Source: an uncultured Acidobacteriota bacterium (GTDB lineage Bacteria; Acidobacteriota; Vicinamibacteria; Vicinamibacterales; CAVVIG01). From it: a stretch of 64,000 nucleotides of DNA. The notes beneath the pieces were generated by a model. That model searched no databases. It saw only the letters and a list, made by a program, of their open reading frames with translations, and was not told the origin of the DNA. The stretch lies in contig CAVRXZ010000032.1 of the NCBI GenBank assembly GCA_963725105.1, positions 2,071 to 66,070 of the forward strand, written 5' to 3'. Position numbers and translations under genes: made by a program. Shown here one piece after another: positions 30,707-39,499 of the stretch. How positions within the stretch are numbered: the stretch's first letter is position 1; each line of letters opens with the position of its first letter.

Positions 30707-32050
30707 TGCCGGGAGATCGGGACCGATCACATCGAGATCGCCAACCGCCAGCACGATCAGCCGCGCCGGATCGAGATACTGCGCCGCCACACGCGTCACG
30801 TCGGCCGCCGCGACCTGTTCCACGCACGGTACAAACCGCGCCAGCTCGTCATCGGGAAGATTGTGCAGCGCGAGCTGCGTGAGGCCGTGAGCGATCTGGC
30901 CCGCGGTTTCGAAAAAGCGCGCGTACCCCTTCGTCAAGGCTGCGACCGCCAGGGCAAGCTCGTCCGGGGTCGCTGGCCGCGACCCGCGAATCGCGGAGAT
31001 TTCTCCAATCGATTCTTCGATGGCACGAGCTGTGGCTGCCGTCTGGACGCTCACCTGAAGCGCGAAGGGCCCCGGCATCCGCCGGAAATCGAAGGATGTC
31101 CGGGCACCGTAGGTAAAGCCCTTGTCTTCACGCAGGTTCAAGTTGATGCGGCTGACGAACTGACCGCCAAGAATCATGTTCGTCGTGATGAGCGCGTGAT
31201 AGTCGGGCGTCGACCTCGCCGCGGCGACGTGGCCGATGCGCAGTTCGGACTGCGGGGCGCGCAGCCGCGGGACCACGTACAGTCGCCTGGCCGAGACGTC
31301 CTCGTCACGGTCCGTTGGGCGATCGGCAGACCCGTTAGAAGCGCTTTGTCCAGCTTCGCGCGCCCATCCGGCAAACGCATCGTTGGCCAGCTTCTCGACG
31401 CGTTCAGGCTGGCAGTCACCGACAACCACCAGCGTCGTGTCCGCCGGCCTGAACATGCGCTCGTGAAAGGCCCTGACATCGTCAACGCACAGAGTCGCGA
31501 CGGTCTGCTCGCTGCCAATTGGTGCGTGGCCGTACGGCTGGGAACCATACAAACGACGTAGAAAGGCCCGATCGGCCACCGCCCCCGGCATGTCCCGAAG
31601 CTGCCGCAGGCGATGAAGGCGGAGCTGACGAACGCGGTCGAAATCCGCGTCGGCCAATGCCGGACGAACGACGATGTCGGCAAGAAGCCGAAGGGCGCGA
31701 TCGTCAAAGTGGCTGAGACACGTCACCCCGACAACGACCGCGTCGGACGCAATGTCGGTATCGAACTGCGCCCCAATCTGCGCGAGCGCTTCGTGGATTT
31801 CAAGCGCAGACCGGCCCGCGCTGCCCTCGTCCAGCATGTCTGCGGTGATCGCAGCCAGCCCTTCCTTCCCGACTGGATCCTTCGCCGAACCGGTCTGGAG
31901 CAGCAGGACGAACGAAACCAGCGGAACGCCGGTATGCCGGACGGTCCAGACGCGAAGCCCGTTTGGCAACGTTGCCTTGACGATGACGGGCAGCGTAAGC
32001 GGTGACGCGGGTCCCGCCCGAGGCAAATGGTCGCGATCGATAGCTTTCAC
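30662..32050 (-). CDS. M16 family peptidase, non-catalytic partner subunit
   Basis: M16 fold without HxxEH, LPNGLRVWTV N-terminus. Start uncertain (GTG 32050; ORF extends to 32239). Confidence 0.8.
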   Translation of the reverse strand: MKAIDRDHLPRAGPASPLTLPVIVKATLPNGLRVWTVRHTGVPLVSFVLLLQTGSAKDPVGKEGLAAITADMLDEGSAGRSALEIHEALAQIGAQFDTDIASDAVVVGVTCLSHFDDRALRLLADIVVRPALADADFDRVRQLRLHRLRQLRDMPGAVADRAFLRRLYGSQPYGHAPIGSEQTVATLCVDDVRAFHERMFRPADTTLVVVGDCQPERVEKLANDAFAGWAREAGQSASNGSADRPTDRDEDVSARRLYVVPRLRAPQSELRIGHVAAARSTPDYHALITTNMILGGQFVSRINLNLREDKGFTYGARTSFDFRRMPGPFALQVSVQTAATARAIEESIGEISAIRGSRPATPDELALAVAALTKGYARFFETAGQIAHGLTQLALHNLPDDELARFVPCVEQVAAADVTRVAAQYLDPARLIVLAVGDLDVIGPDLPALGLGDPVVLPANPF

Positions 32051-32186
32051 ATCTCGCGGGGCCCCCCGCCTCCGCTCTTCGAGCTCCGGCGAGGCTCGCC
32101 GAAGCAACGCGAAGGCGGCACTCCCGCTCGCCTGCCTCGCTTCGCAGGTCCTCGGCGTCGAGCGTAGACTCTCGGCCTCGGCAGAG

Positions 32187-33491
32187 TCATGACACGACTG
32201 CCGGCGTTGAATCTGGAATCGCCAAATCCAGGCGTCCATGAGGGACGACGCTGAGCGTCACGCGCGGCGCGTGGAATAGATGCGTTTCGACCGCTCGTTG
32301 AAGGGTGAAAGCCGTTGCGTTCTGGTAGCGCGCGAGGTCGCGCTCGAAATAGCCCGCGTCGCCGAGAAGTACGTTGTAGGCATTCAGCTGGTCTGACTTG
32401 CCGCCAAAGCCGCCCACTGTCTGCAGCCGGTACACGAAGTGCGCTTCGGCCTGAGCCCGGCCGCGCGAGATCTCCTCATCGCGCGGTCCTGTCGTCGCGA
32501 GCTGCCCGATGGCCTCGAGAATGACTCGCTCGAGCTCCTCGAGGGTGTGATCGGGTGCGGCGGTAGCGGTGATTTGGAGGAATCCGGCGATCTCGCGGGA
32601 GTTCTGAGCCGCCGAGACGTCCGTTGCAATGCGCGAGTCGAACACGAGCTGCCGGTAGAGCCGCGACGTCCTGCCGTTGGCCAGCAGATCGGCGGCAAAG
32701 TCGAGCTCGGCATCATCCGCGGCAAACATCGGCGGCGTCAGCCAGGCAATGTACAGCCGTGGCAGCTCTACGCGATCCTCCAGCACCAGTCTGACATCGC
32801 TGCTCAACTCGGCCTGCGCACGGACCGGTGCCGGCACCGGACCGGGCTCGATTTCGCTGAAACAGGATTGCGCCAGTGCGAGCGCCGCTCCCGGGTCGAC
32901 ATCACCCGCGATCGCGAGCGACGCGTTGGCCGGGTGATAGAAGTGTCGAAAGAAATCCTGCACATCGTCGAGCCGTGCCGCGGTCAGGTCTGCCGCCTCA
33001 CCGATCGTGGGCCAGTGATACGGGTGCTCAGGAGGAAACAACGCCTCAAGCAGAGCCATCGACGCCAGGCCGTACGGCCTGTTCTCATACGTCTGCCGGC
33101 GCTCGTTCAACACCACGTCGCGTTGATTGGAAAACTTTGCAGAGGTCAGCGCCGGCAGCAGATAGCCCATCCGGTCCGATTCGAGCCACAGCGCCAGCTC
33201 GAGCGCCCCTGTCGGCACGACCTCCCAGTAGTTCGTCCGATCGGCATTGGTCGAACCATTGAGCGCCGCACCGGCTGCCTGAAGCGGTTGAAAATAGCCC
33301 CGGTCATGATGCTGGGACCCTTCGAACATGAGGTGCTCGAACAGGTGTGCGAAGCCGGTGCGGCCGGGCTGCTCGTTCTTGGAACCGACGTGATACCAGA
33401 GATTGACGGCGACGACCGGACAGGAATGGGCCTCGTGAATGAGAACGTCGAGGCCGTTCTCGAGCGTGTGCTTGACGAACGGCAGCTTCAA
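32187..33491 (-). CDS. M16 family zinc peptidase (pitrilysin/insulinase type)
   Basis: HLFEHLMFEG inverted zincin motif, LENGLDVLI N-terminus. Confidence 0.9.
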   Translation of the reverse strand: MKLPFVKHTLENGLDVLIHEAHSCPVVAVNLWYHVGSKNEQPGRTGFAHLFEHLMFEGSQHHDRGYFQPLQAAGAALNGSTNADRTNYWEVVPTGALELALWLESDRMGYLLPALTSAKFSNQRDVVLNERRQTYENRPYGLASMALLEALFPPEHPYHWPTIGEAADLTAARLDDVQDFFRHFYHPANASLAIAGDVDPGAALALAQSCFSEIEPGPVPAPVRAQAELSSDVRLVLEDRVELPRLYIAWLTPPMFAADDAELDFAADLLANGRTSRLYRQLVFDSRIATDVSAAQNSREIAGFLQITATAAPDHTLEELERVILEAIGQLATTGPRDEEISRGRAQAEAHFVYRLQTVGGFGGKSDQLNAYNVLLGDAGYFERDLARYQNATAFTLQRAVETHLFHAPRVTLSVVPHGRLDLAIPDSTPAVVS

Positions 33492-33991
33492 TTCCTGAAG
33501 CTGCCGCAGGTCAGCATCGCGCTGCCGTAGTAGGGGTTGGCGAGAGTCGAGCCCTCCTGCATCCAGGGTTTCTGGACCATTGGACAGAATGCAACCCGGA
33601 CACCTTCCGGCGCGACAAGCTTCAGGCCGGTCATGTATGTGTCGATGGCGTCGCTGAGCGCCCCGAATTTCTCGCGCGCATCGGCGAGATCCCCGGCAGA
33701 CGCCAGCTGGAGCGCCGCGGTGTCGATCTTCATGGCGGGCGCTCCGAGCGACGTGGCAGCCGTGGCAATGTTTCCGGCGTCAGCACGGACGCCTTCGAAC
33801 GAATCGGACGCGAGAGCGGCCTGAATCTTCAGATACGGGTCGACCACCGTGCGCGGCATTTCGCCACCAGCCGGCGGCGTCTTCGCGGGGGCTGTCTGAC
33901 TGCATGCGATAGTCGTCAGCGTCAGCAGCAGGGACAGCTGCACGAGCGCGCCCCGTGTATTTCGAAGGTTGCACCGGATCATTTCGCTCAC
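33488..33991 (-). CDS. DUF3347-like lipoprotein
   Basis: Signal peptide plus Cys (LTTIACSQ), YLKIQAALASDSFEGV and CPMVQKPWMQ blocks as I recall for DUF3347. Confidence 0.65.
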   Translation of the reverse strand: MSEMIRCNLRNTRGALVQLSLLLTLTTIACSQTAPAKTPPAGGEMPRTVVDPYLKIQAALASDSFEGVRADAGNIATAATSLGAPAMKIDTAALQLASAGDLADAREKFGALSDAIDTYMTGLKLVAPEGVRVAFCPMVQKPWMQEGSTLANPYYGSAMLTCGSFRN

Positions 33992-35068
33992 CTCACGACG
34001 GTTAAGGGGATCGTTGGTCGATTGTAGCTTGCCAGTGAGATCTGGGCCGCGAGGCGTTCGGCCGCGGCCATGAACGCTTGCGAAGCCGGCGAATGAGGCT
34101 CGCCGATCATCAGCGGCACGCCGGTGTCACTCCCCTCGCGAATGGGCTGATAGATCGGAATCCGTCCAAGGAACGGTATGCCCGCCTGAACGGCCATCTC
34201 CTCGCCGCCGCCGTGCCCAAAGATGTCGGACTCATGCTGGCAGCTCGGGCACGCGAAGTAGCTCATGTTTTCGACGAGGCCGAGCGGCGGGATATTGAGC
34301 TTCTTATACATCGCAATCGCGCGGCGCGTGTCGGCAAGCGAAACCTGCTGCGGCGTGGTCACGAGCACGGAGCCAGCAACCGGCACCGTCTGACTCAGAC
34401 TGAGCGCTACATCGCCGGTGCCCGGCGGCAAGTCGACAACCATATAGTCGAGGTCGGTCCAGCGGTACTTCGCGAAAAAATTGCTGCAGCGCGCCGTGCA
34501 GCATGGGCCCCCGCCAGATGATGGGCGCATCGTCCGAGGTCAAGAATCCCATCGAGATGACCTGAAGGCCGTATTTCTCGGCTGGGACAATCTTCTGACC
34601 GTCGGTCGAGAGTTGGGCCTTCATGCCGAGCATGATCGGCACGTTGGGACCGTAGATGTCGGCGTCGATCAGACCAACGCGTCCGCCGCATTTTGCCAGC
34701 GCGATCGCCAGGTTCACCGCAACCGTCGTCTTGCCGACGCCGCCCTTCCCCGCGCCAACCGCAATCACGTTCTTGACGCCCGGAATGGGCGCCCTGGTTC
34801 CGTCGGAAGCCACGGCCTCACGCACGCGCGCGCTCATCTGCACGTCGACCGAGGTCACACCGGGTACCGCCATGACGGCCGTCCGCGCCTGGTCGCGCAT
34901 CTGGTCCTTCACGGGACAGGCCGGGGTTGTCAGCTCAATGGTGAAGGAGACGCGGCCCTGATCGATGGCGACGTTCTTGACGAAGCCGAGCGCGACGATG
35001 TCGCGGTGCAGATCCGGATCGTTGACGACCTTGAGCGCGTCGAGTACCGCCGCTTCCTGTGCCTGCAT
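33988..35068 (-). pseudogene. apbC: Mrp/NBP35 (ApbC) iron-sulfur cluster carrier ATPase, frame change in an A6/T6 run
   Basis: GKGGVGKTT P-loop, DLPPGTGD, CPxC (FACPSC). N- and C-terminal parts sit in ORFs 34304-35071 and 33988-34530 and join at the homopolymer 34475-34480. Span mod 3 = 1. Confidence 0.9.
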
Positions 35069-35080
35069 CACTCAAGGATA

Positions 35081-35122
35081 GCATTTTGCATTCTGCATTC
35101 TGCATTCTGCATTCTGCATTAC
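35081..35122. repeat. GCATTCT heptamer x6 (two end units degenerate) between the membrane-protein stop and the apbC start
   Basis: gcatttt gcattct gcattct gcattct gcattct gcattac, read directly. Confidence 0.95.
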
Positions 35123-35496
35123 TGGAATAGTCTCCTGCCTTCGTCGTGCAGCAGGACCCACATCGTGTAAGCGCCCAGCGCGGTTCCGTATGGCAGCAGG
35201 ACCAGATCGACCGCTCCGAGCATCAGAGCCACGAGCCGCGCCCAGGGCTGGTGGCGACGCACCGGCACGCCCACCACGACGTGCGCCGCGCCCCAGATCA
35301 TCGCGATGAGGGCCAGCGCGACGAAAGCCGCCGCGATCACGCCGGCCGCCAATTGGCCGCTGCCGCCCGCGCGGCTGGCAGAAGTGATCAAGCTAAACGC
35401 GCCCACGCCGAGAGCGAGCGTCGACAGACCGACGATCACGGTCAGGCCGCCCCATACGATGAAGAGAATGCCGACAAAGTCGACGTGGGAGGACAC
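35119..35496 (-). CDS. small integral membrane protein (4 TM)
   Basis: GTG 35496 lies 2 nt after the upstream stop; hydrophobic segments FVGILFIVWGGLTVIVGL, AAGVIAAAFVALALIAMIW, LVALMLGAVDLVLL. Confidence 0.55.
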   Translation of the reverse strand: MSSHVDFVGILFIVWGGLTVIVGLSTLALGVGAFSLITSASRAGGSGQLAAGVIAAAFVALALIAMIWGAAHVVVGVPVRRHQPWARLVALMLGAVDLVLLPYGTALGAYTMWVLLHDEGRRLFQ

Positions 35497-35498
35497 TG

Positions 35499-35963
35499 TC
35501 AGGCAGCGGACGAGCGAACGGCGACGCGGAGCTCGACGCGCACTGCCGGCGCATGGCGGGCGAACACTCGGAAGCGGAACCGAGCACCGTCGGCAACGCC
35601 AGGCGGCACAGACACCTGCACCGGATGATGGAACAGCGATTCGCCGGTTCCGCAGCAGGTGTCGCACGGCTCGGTCCACACCTCGCCGCGGCCGCCGCAC
35701 ATCGCGCATGTGCGGCGCATCGGGACCTCCAGCGGAACGACGAGACCGTGGCGAGCCTCAGCCGTTGAGAGCCGTAGTTCCGTCGAGAGCATGTCATGCT
35801 CGGACTGCCGGCCGAGAAACGACTCGCGTATTCGCTCGACGGCCGGGTCCACCGATGGAAAGTCGATGGCCACCTCGTCAGCGAAGCAGTTCTCAGTCAC
35901 GCCGGGCGCACTAATCTCGCTCCACAAGAGCGGCGACGAATGGCGGTCGGGCTTGGGACGCAC
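35499..35963 (-). CDS. DnaJ-like Cys-rich zinc-finger / CTD protein lacking a J domain
   Basis: CAMCGGRGEVWTEPCDTCCGTG resembles DnaJ CxxCxGxG repeats followed by a beta-rich CTD-like segment. Confidence 0.5.
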   Translation of the reverse strand: MRPKPDRHSSPLLWSEISAPGVTENCFADEVAIDFPSVDPAVERIRESFLGRQSEHDMLSTELRLSTAEARHGLVVPLEVPMRRTCAMCGGRGEVWTEPCDTCCGTGESLFHHPVQVSVPPGVADGARFRFRVFARHAPAVRVELRVAVRSSAA

Positions 35964-36078
35964 GTCAGGTTCGGTACACGATAGGAGCCGGATCCAAGAC
36001 TTGTCAAGACACCATGCTCGGATTTGCCCGGATTGCGACAGTTTGAAAACGCTCGAAAGGGGGCGAGGGCGGGAACGG

Positions 36079-36345
36079 TCAGCGTGCGCCGATGGTCAGC
36101 AGAACTTCCTTGCGAAGCGTGTCCTCGAACTCCTCAAAATTCAGTGCGGACTCGCATTCGTCGCACAGGACTTCGAGCACGGCCGGCCGGGTTTCGTCGG
36201 ACACTTCCACGCGGCCATCCTCGAGATGCACAACGTGCATCTGAAGCGTCTTGACCTGAAAATTCCGGTCGTTGCCGCAGTGCGGACAGGTCAGCGTCAC
36301 GTAGACTCCTTCAGGAACAGCTTGCTCAAGCTGATTAGCGAACAC
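36079..36345 (-). CDS. hypothetical zinc-ribbon protein
   Basis: CPHC...CDEC pairs; 88 aa. Confidence 0.5.
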   Translation of the reverse strand: MFANQLEQAVPEGVYVTLTCPHCGNDRNFQVKTLQMHVVHLEDGRVEVSDETRPAVLEVLCDECESALNFEEFEDTLRKEVLLTIGAR

Positions 36346-36441
36346 CTGATTTTATGAGATGGGGTGCGGCGACGCAACGAGAATTCCGCGGGTACGGCCC
36401 GTTTGTCGCAAATATGCCTGAAATCTGGTAGGTTCTGACCC

Positions 36442-36618
36442 GTGTCGCCCAATAGTGGATCGTACGAACTTCACAGCGCAGCGCGCGGACCCCACTGGAT
36501 CGCGTGGGTCACCCGCACAGGCCATCAGGAACCCGACCAATCGGCAGTGCTCGTCGGCCGAACACAGGAAGAGGCAGAGGCGCGCGCAAAGGCTTGGGCG
36601 GAATCGACGCGCGCCTGA
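36442..36618 (+). CDS. candidate 58-aa ORF (GTG start)
   Basis: VSPNSGSYELHSAARGPHWIAWVTRTGHQEPDQSAVLVGRTQEEAEARAKAWAESTRA. Begins right after an in-frame stop, with TTGTCG-17 nt-TAGGTT upstream. Below the ORF-track cut-off. Confidence 0.3.
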   Translation: MSPNSGSYELHSAARGPHWIAWVTRTGHQEPDQSAVLVGRTQEEAEARAKAWAESTRA

Positions 36619-36624
36619 CGTGGT

Positions 36625-39499
36625 TCAGTCGGTCCGCGCCGGCGGATCATACCGTCGGGCTAGCAGATGATGTTCGCGACCGTCACGACCGGGCCACATG
36701 AGCGCAGACGAACTGCCCGTCGCGGCCCCGCCAAAGAGATCAACGAGTGACTTCGGCAGGACCTCAGCCAGGCTCCCACGCCCAGCACGGCACGTCCCGT
36801 TCTGAACCGTCGCCGACAGATACAACCGATCCCGGGCGCGCGTCAGTGCGACGTACAGCAGCCGCTTGGTTTCTTCACGCTCGCGTGCCGTCGTTTCATC
36901 GTCGGCCTCCGATTGAAAATCAGCAACTGCGACGGTTGGAATTCCCGACAGCGACGAAGCAACGCGGATCGGTGCTCGCTGACCACCGGTCCCCCGGCCA
37001 AGATTCACCACGAACACAATTGGATACTCGAGGCCTTTCGCCGCGTGAACGGTCATCAAGCTGACAGCATCGACGGCGTCGATCGCTGCGTTCGATTCGT
37101 CGCCCACAGCCAGCCGATCCAGGTGATCGGTGATTCGACCGAGCGTCGCGTACCCGCGATTCTGAATTCGGCGAACGAGGCCGCGCAGCTTCTTCAGATT
37201 CTCCCTGGCCTGCAGTCGACGAGGACCGCAAATCTCCATGTGATACGCCGACTCGTTGATGGCGCGATCCATGAGCTCGGCAGGCGGAATCCTGTCTACG
37301 AGCGACAGCCATCCTTCGATCGACACTCGCAGCACTGCCAACGCGTTCGCATCGTCGGCCGGAAGCTCCGCAGCCGTCGCCGGTTCGGGGCCGAGGATTG
37401 CACCCGCCAGATCGGGTGTCAGTCGCCTGACCGCCTCGTCCGACAGACGAACGAACCGTGACCGCAGAAACGCTGCAGCCCGAAGGTTCGACAGCGGCGA
37501 GGCCAGATACCGCAACAGCGCCACGGCGTCCTGGATCTCGTCGGCCTCGAAAAATCCGAGTCCCTTATAGACGTAGGTTGGAACACCTCGCCGCTGCAAC
37601 GCCGCTTCGAATTCGCGATGGCTCTCGCGGGATCGGAACAGGATGGCTACGTCAGCCGGCTGCGCGGGTCGAGCGATGCCCGTGACCTTGTCGCGGATGA
37701 CGGCCCCGGCGAGGAGTCGCGTCGCTTCATCTGCCACCGCTTCAGCGGCTGCCGAAACACTGTCGCCGACGACGAGTCCGAGGGACGGTTCAAGCGCGAT
37801 ACCGGCGGACGTTCCCGCGTCAACGTTCAGCGGGAACCGGTCGTCCTCGCCGAACCCGAACTCGTGACCGCGTCGCGTGGTCGGCTCCTCGACAGACGAA
37901 ATCGTGCTGAACACATCGTTAATGAAGGCCAGGAGCGACGGTGCAGCCCGAAAACTGACCGAGATGGCCTGGCGAATGTCCCCCTCCGGGCGCAAACCGG
38001 TAATGAACGCCGCGGCTTCGTCCACGAGCCCTGCTTCGGCATCGCGAAATCCGTAAATCGACTGTTTTCGATCGCCAACGATGAAGATGGAGGGAGGCAA
38101 CGCGTCGCCCGATGCGCCCGCGCCCTCGCCCCAGCTCCGGACGAGCTGGGCGACCAGAATCCCACTGGGCTCGACTCGTGTCCTGAAACTCGTCCACCAG
38201 CACGTGATGGTATCGGGACTCCAGTCGGTAGCGGCTGCGCGCGAACTCGTCCATCTGCCGCAACAGGTCGACCGCGCGTTCGAGCACACCGGAGAAATCG
38301 AGAAGAGCCCTGGCGTCCAGTGTGCGGCGGTACTGTGAGAGCGTCACGCCGAACACACGCCAGACGCCGCGCGAGAGCACGACATTGAGGTCGCGACGAA
38401 ACGCCCGGATACATTCTGCAATGCCCGGCGCCAGAGCCGCCGCAGCCGAGCGATGCCGCTTCCAGGCGTCGGGTGTCGCGCAGTCCGACGCTCGAAAAGG
38501 CGTGCCGGTGAACCGCTCACCCCGCGGCTTCCCTTCCTGAGTCAGAAAGCACGCGCGCAATCGATCCACGAGCGCGCGAAATGCCGCCTGGCCGGGTCGA
38601 GTGTCCAGGCCGGCGCGGAACAACGGGTGCATCGACCCGGGCTCGGCCGGGGCGCTGCACAAGGCGCCGATATCGAACGCCAGCATCGAGAATTGAGGAT
38701 GGTGAACGGGCCCGCCCTTCAGGAACGCTTCGAGGCCCCCTGGTACGTGTTGCAGGTGATCGCGAAGCCGATCCGCGGCCCGGATGCAGGCAACAGCGGC
38801 GGTCAGATCGCGAGGGCCGACTTCAAGAAACCGGCGCAGGAGTCCGGGCGCAACCAGTCGCCGTTCGAGCAGCGCTGACAGCCCGATTCGCAGCCGGCGC
38901 TCGCCCAATTGCGCAAAGACCAGCGCAACATCGTCGTCCTCTCTCGCTAGACCGCGGCAGATGCGCAGAGACGCGTCGAGCGCCTCCTCAACGAGCCGGA
39001 GGACCTGCGTTTCGTCAGCGAGCTCGAATGCAGGATCAACGTCCGCCTCGAGCGGAAACTCCCGCAGCAGCCTGAGACAGAACGCGTCAATCGTCGACAG
39101 GCCGATATCTCCAAGCCGACCGCGCAGATCCCGCCAGCGTGCGGCATCGGCGGCGGAAAGGCGGCTTGCTTCCCTGAGCCGCTCAACAATGCGCTGACGC
39201 ATTTCGGCGGCTGCCTTCCTCGTGAACGTGATAGCAAGGATGTGATCGGGATCAACACCGGCTCGCAGCAGGTTGACATAGCGCTCCACGAGCACGCGTG
39301 TCTTACCCGTGCCGGCCGACGCTTCCAGCACGACGTTGCGGCGCGGATCGACCGCCGCACGCCGCGCATCCTGATCGGGCAGGGGACTGTCGAGCGACGA
39401 CTGCTGGCTGTCGGCTGCTGACTGTTGACCGTCGACTGTCGACGGTTGACTGTTGACTACGAAGTCGTCCCCGAATGGGAGGCGTGGTTCAGACGTCAC
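36625..39499 (-). pseudogene. addA: UvrD/AddA-like helicase without a recognisable C-terminal nuclease domain, +1 frame change near 38158
   Basis: EASAGTGKT Walker A, VLVDEFQDTS, GDRKQSIYGFR, LLYVALTRAR. The ORFs 37919-39694 and 36625-38289 join at GGGATTCTGG. The GTG start overlaps the addB stop by 11 nt. Confidence 0.8.
39385..39461. repeat. eleven degenerate GACTGTT-type heptamers lying inside the annotated 5' end of addA
   Basis: gactgtc gagcgac gactgct ggctgtc ggctgct gactgtt gaccgtc gactgtc gacggtt gactgtt gactacg. Confidence 0.85.

Noticed and set aside
16417-39461. Could the short repeat arrays be CRISPR arrays?
   Set aside because: The units are 7-21 bp and directly abut each other with no unique spacers. 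Arrays are only 20-130 bp long and no cas genes are present. They are simple tandem repeats, not CRISPRs.
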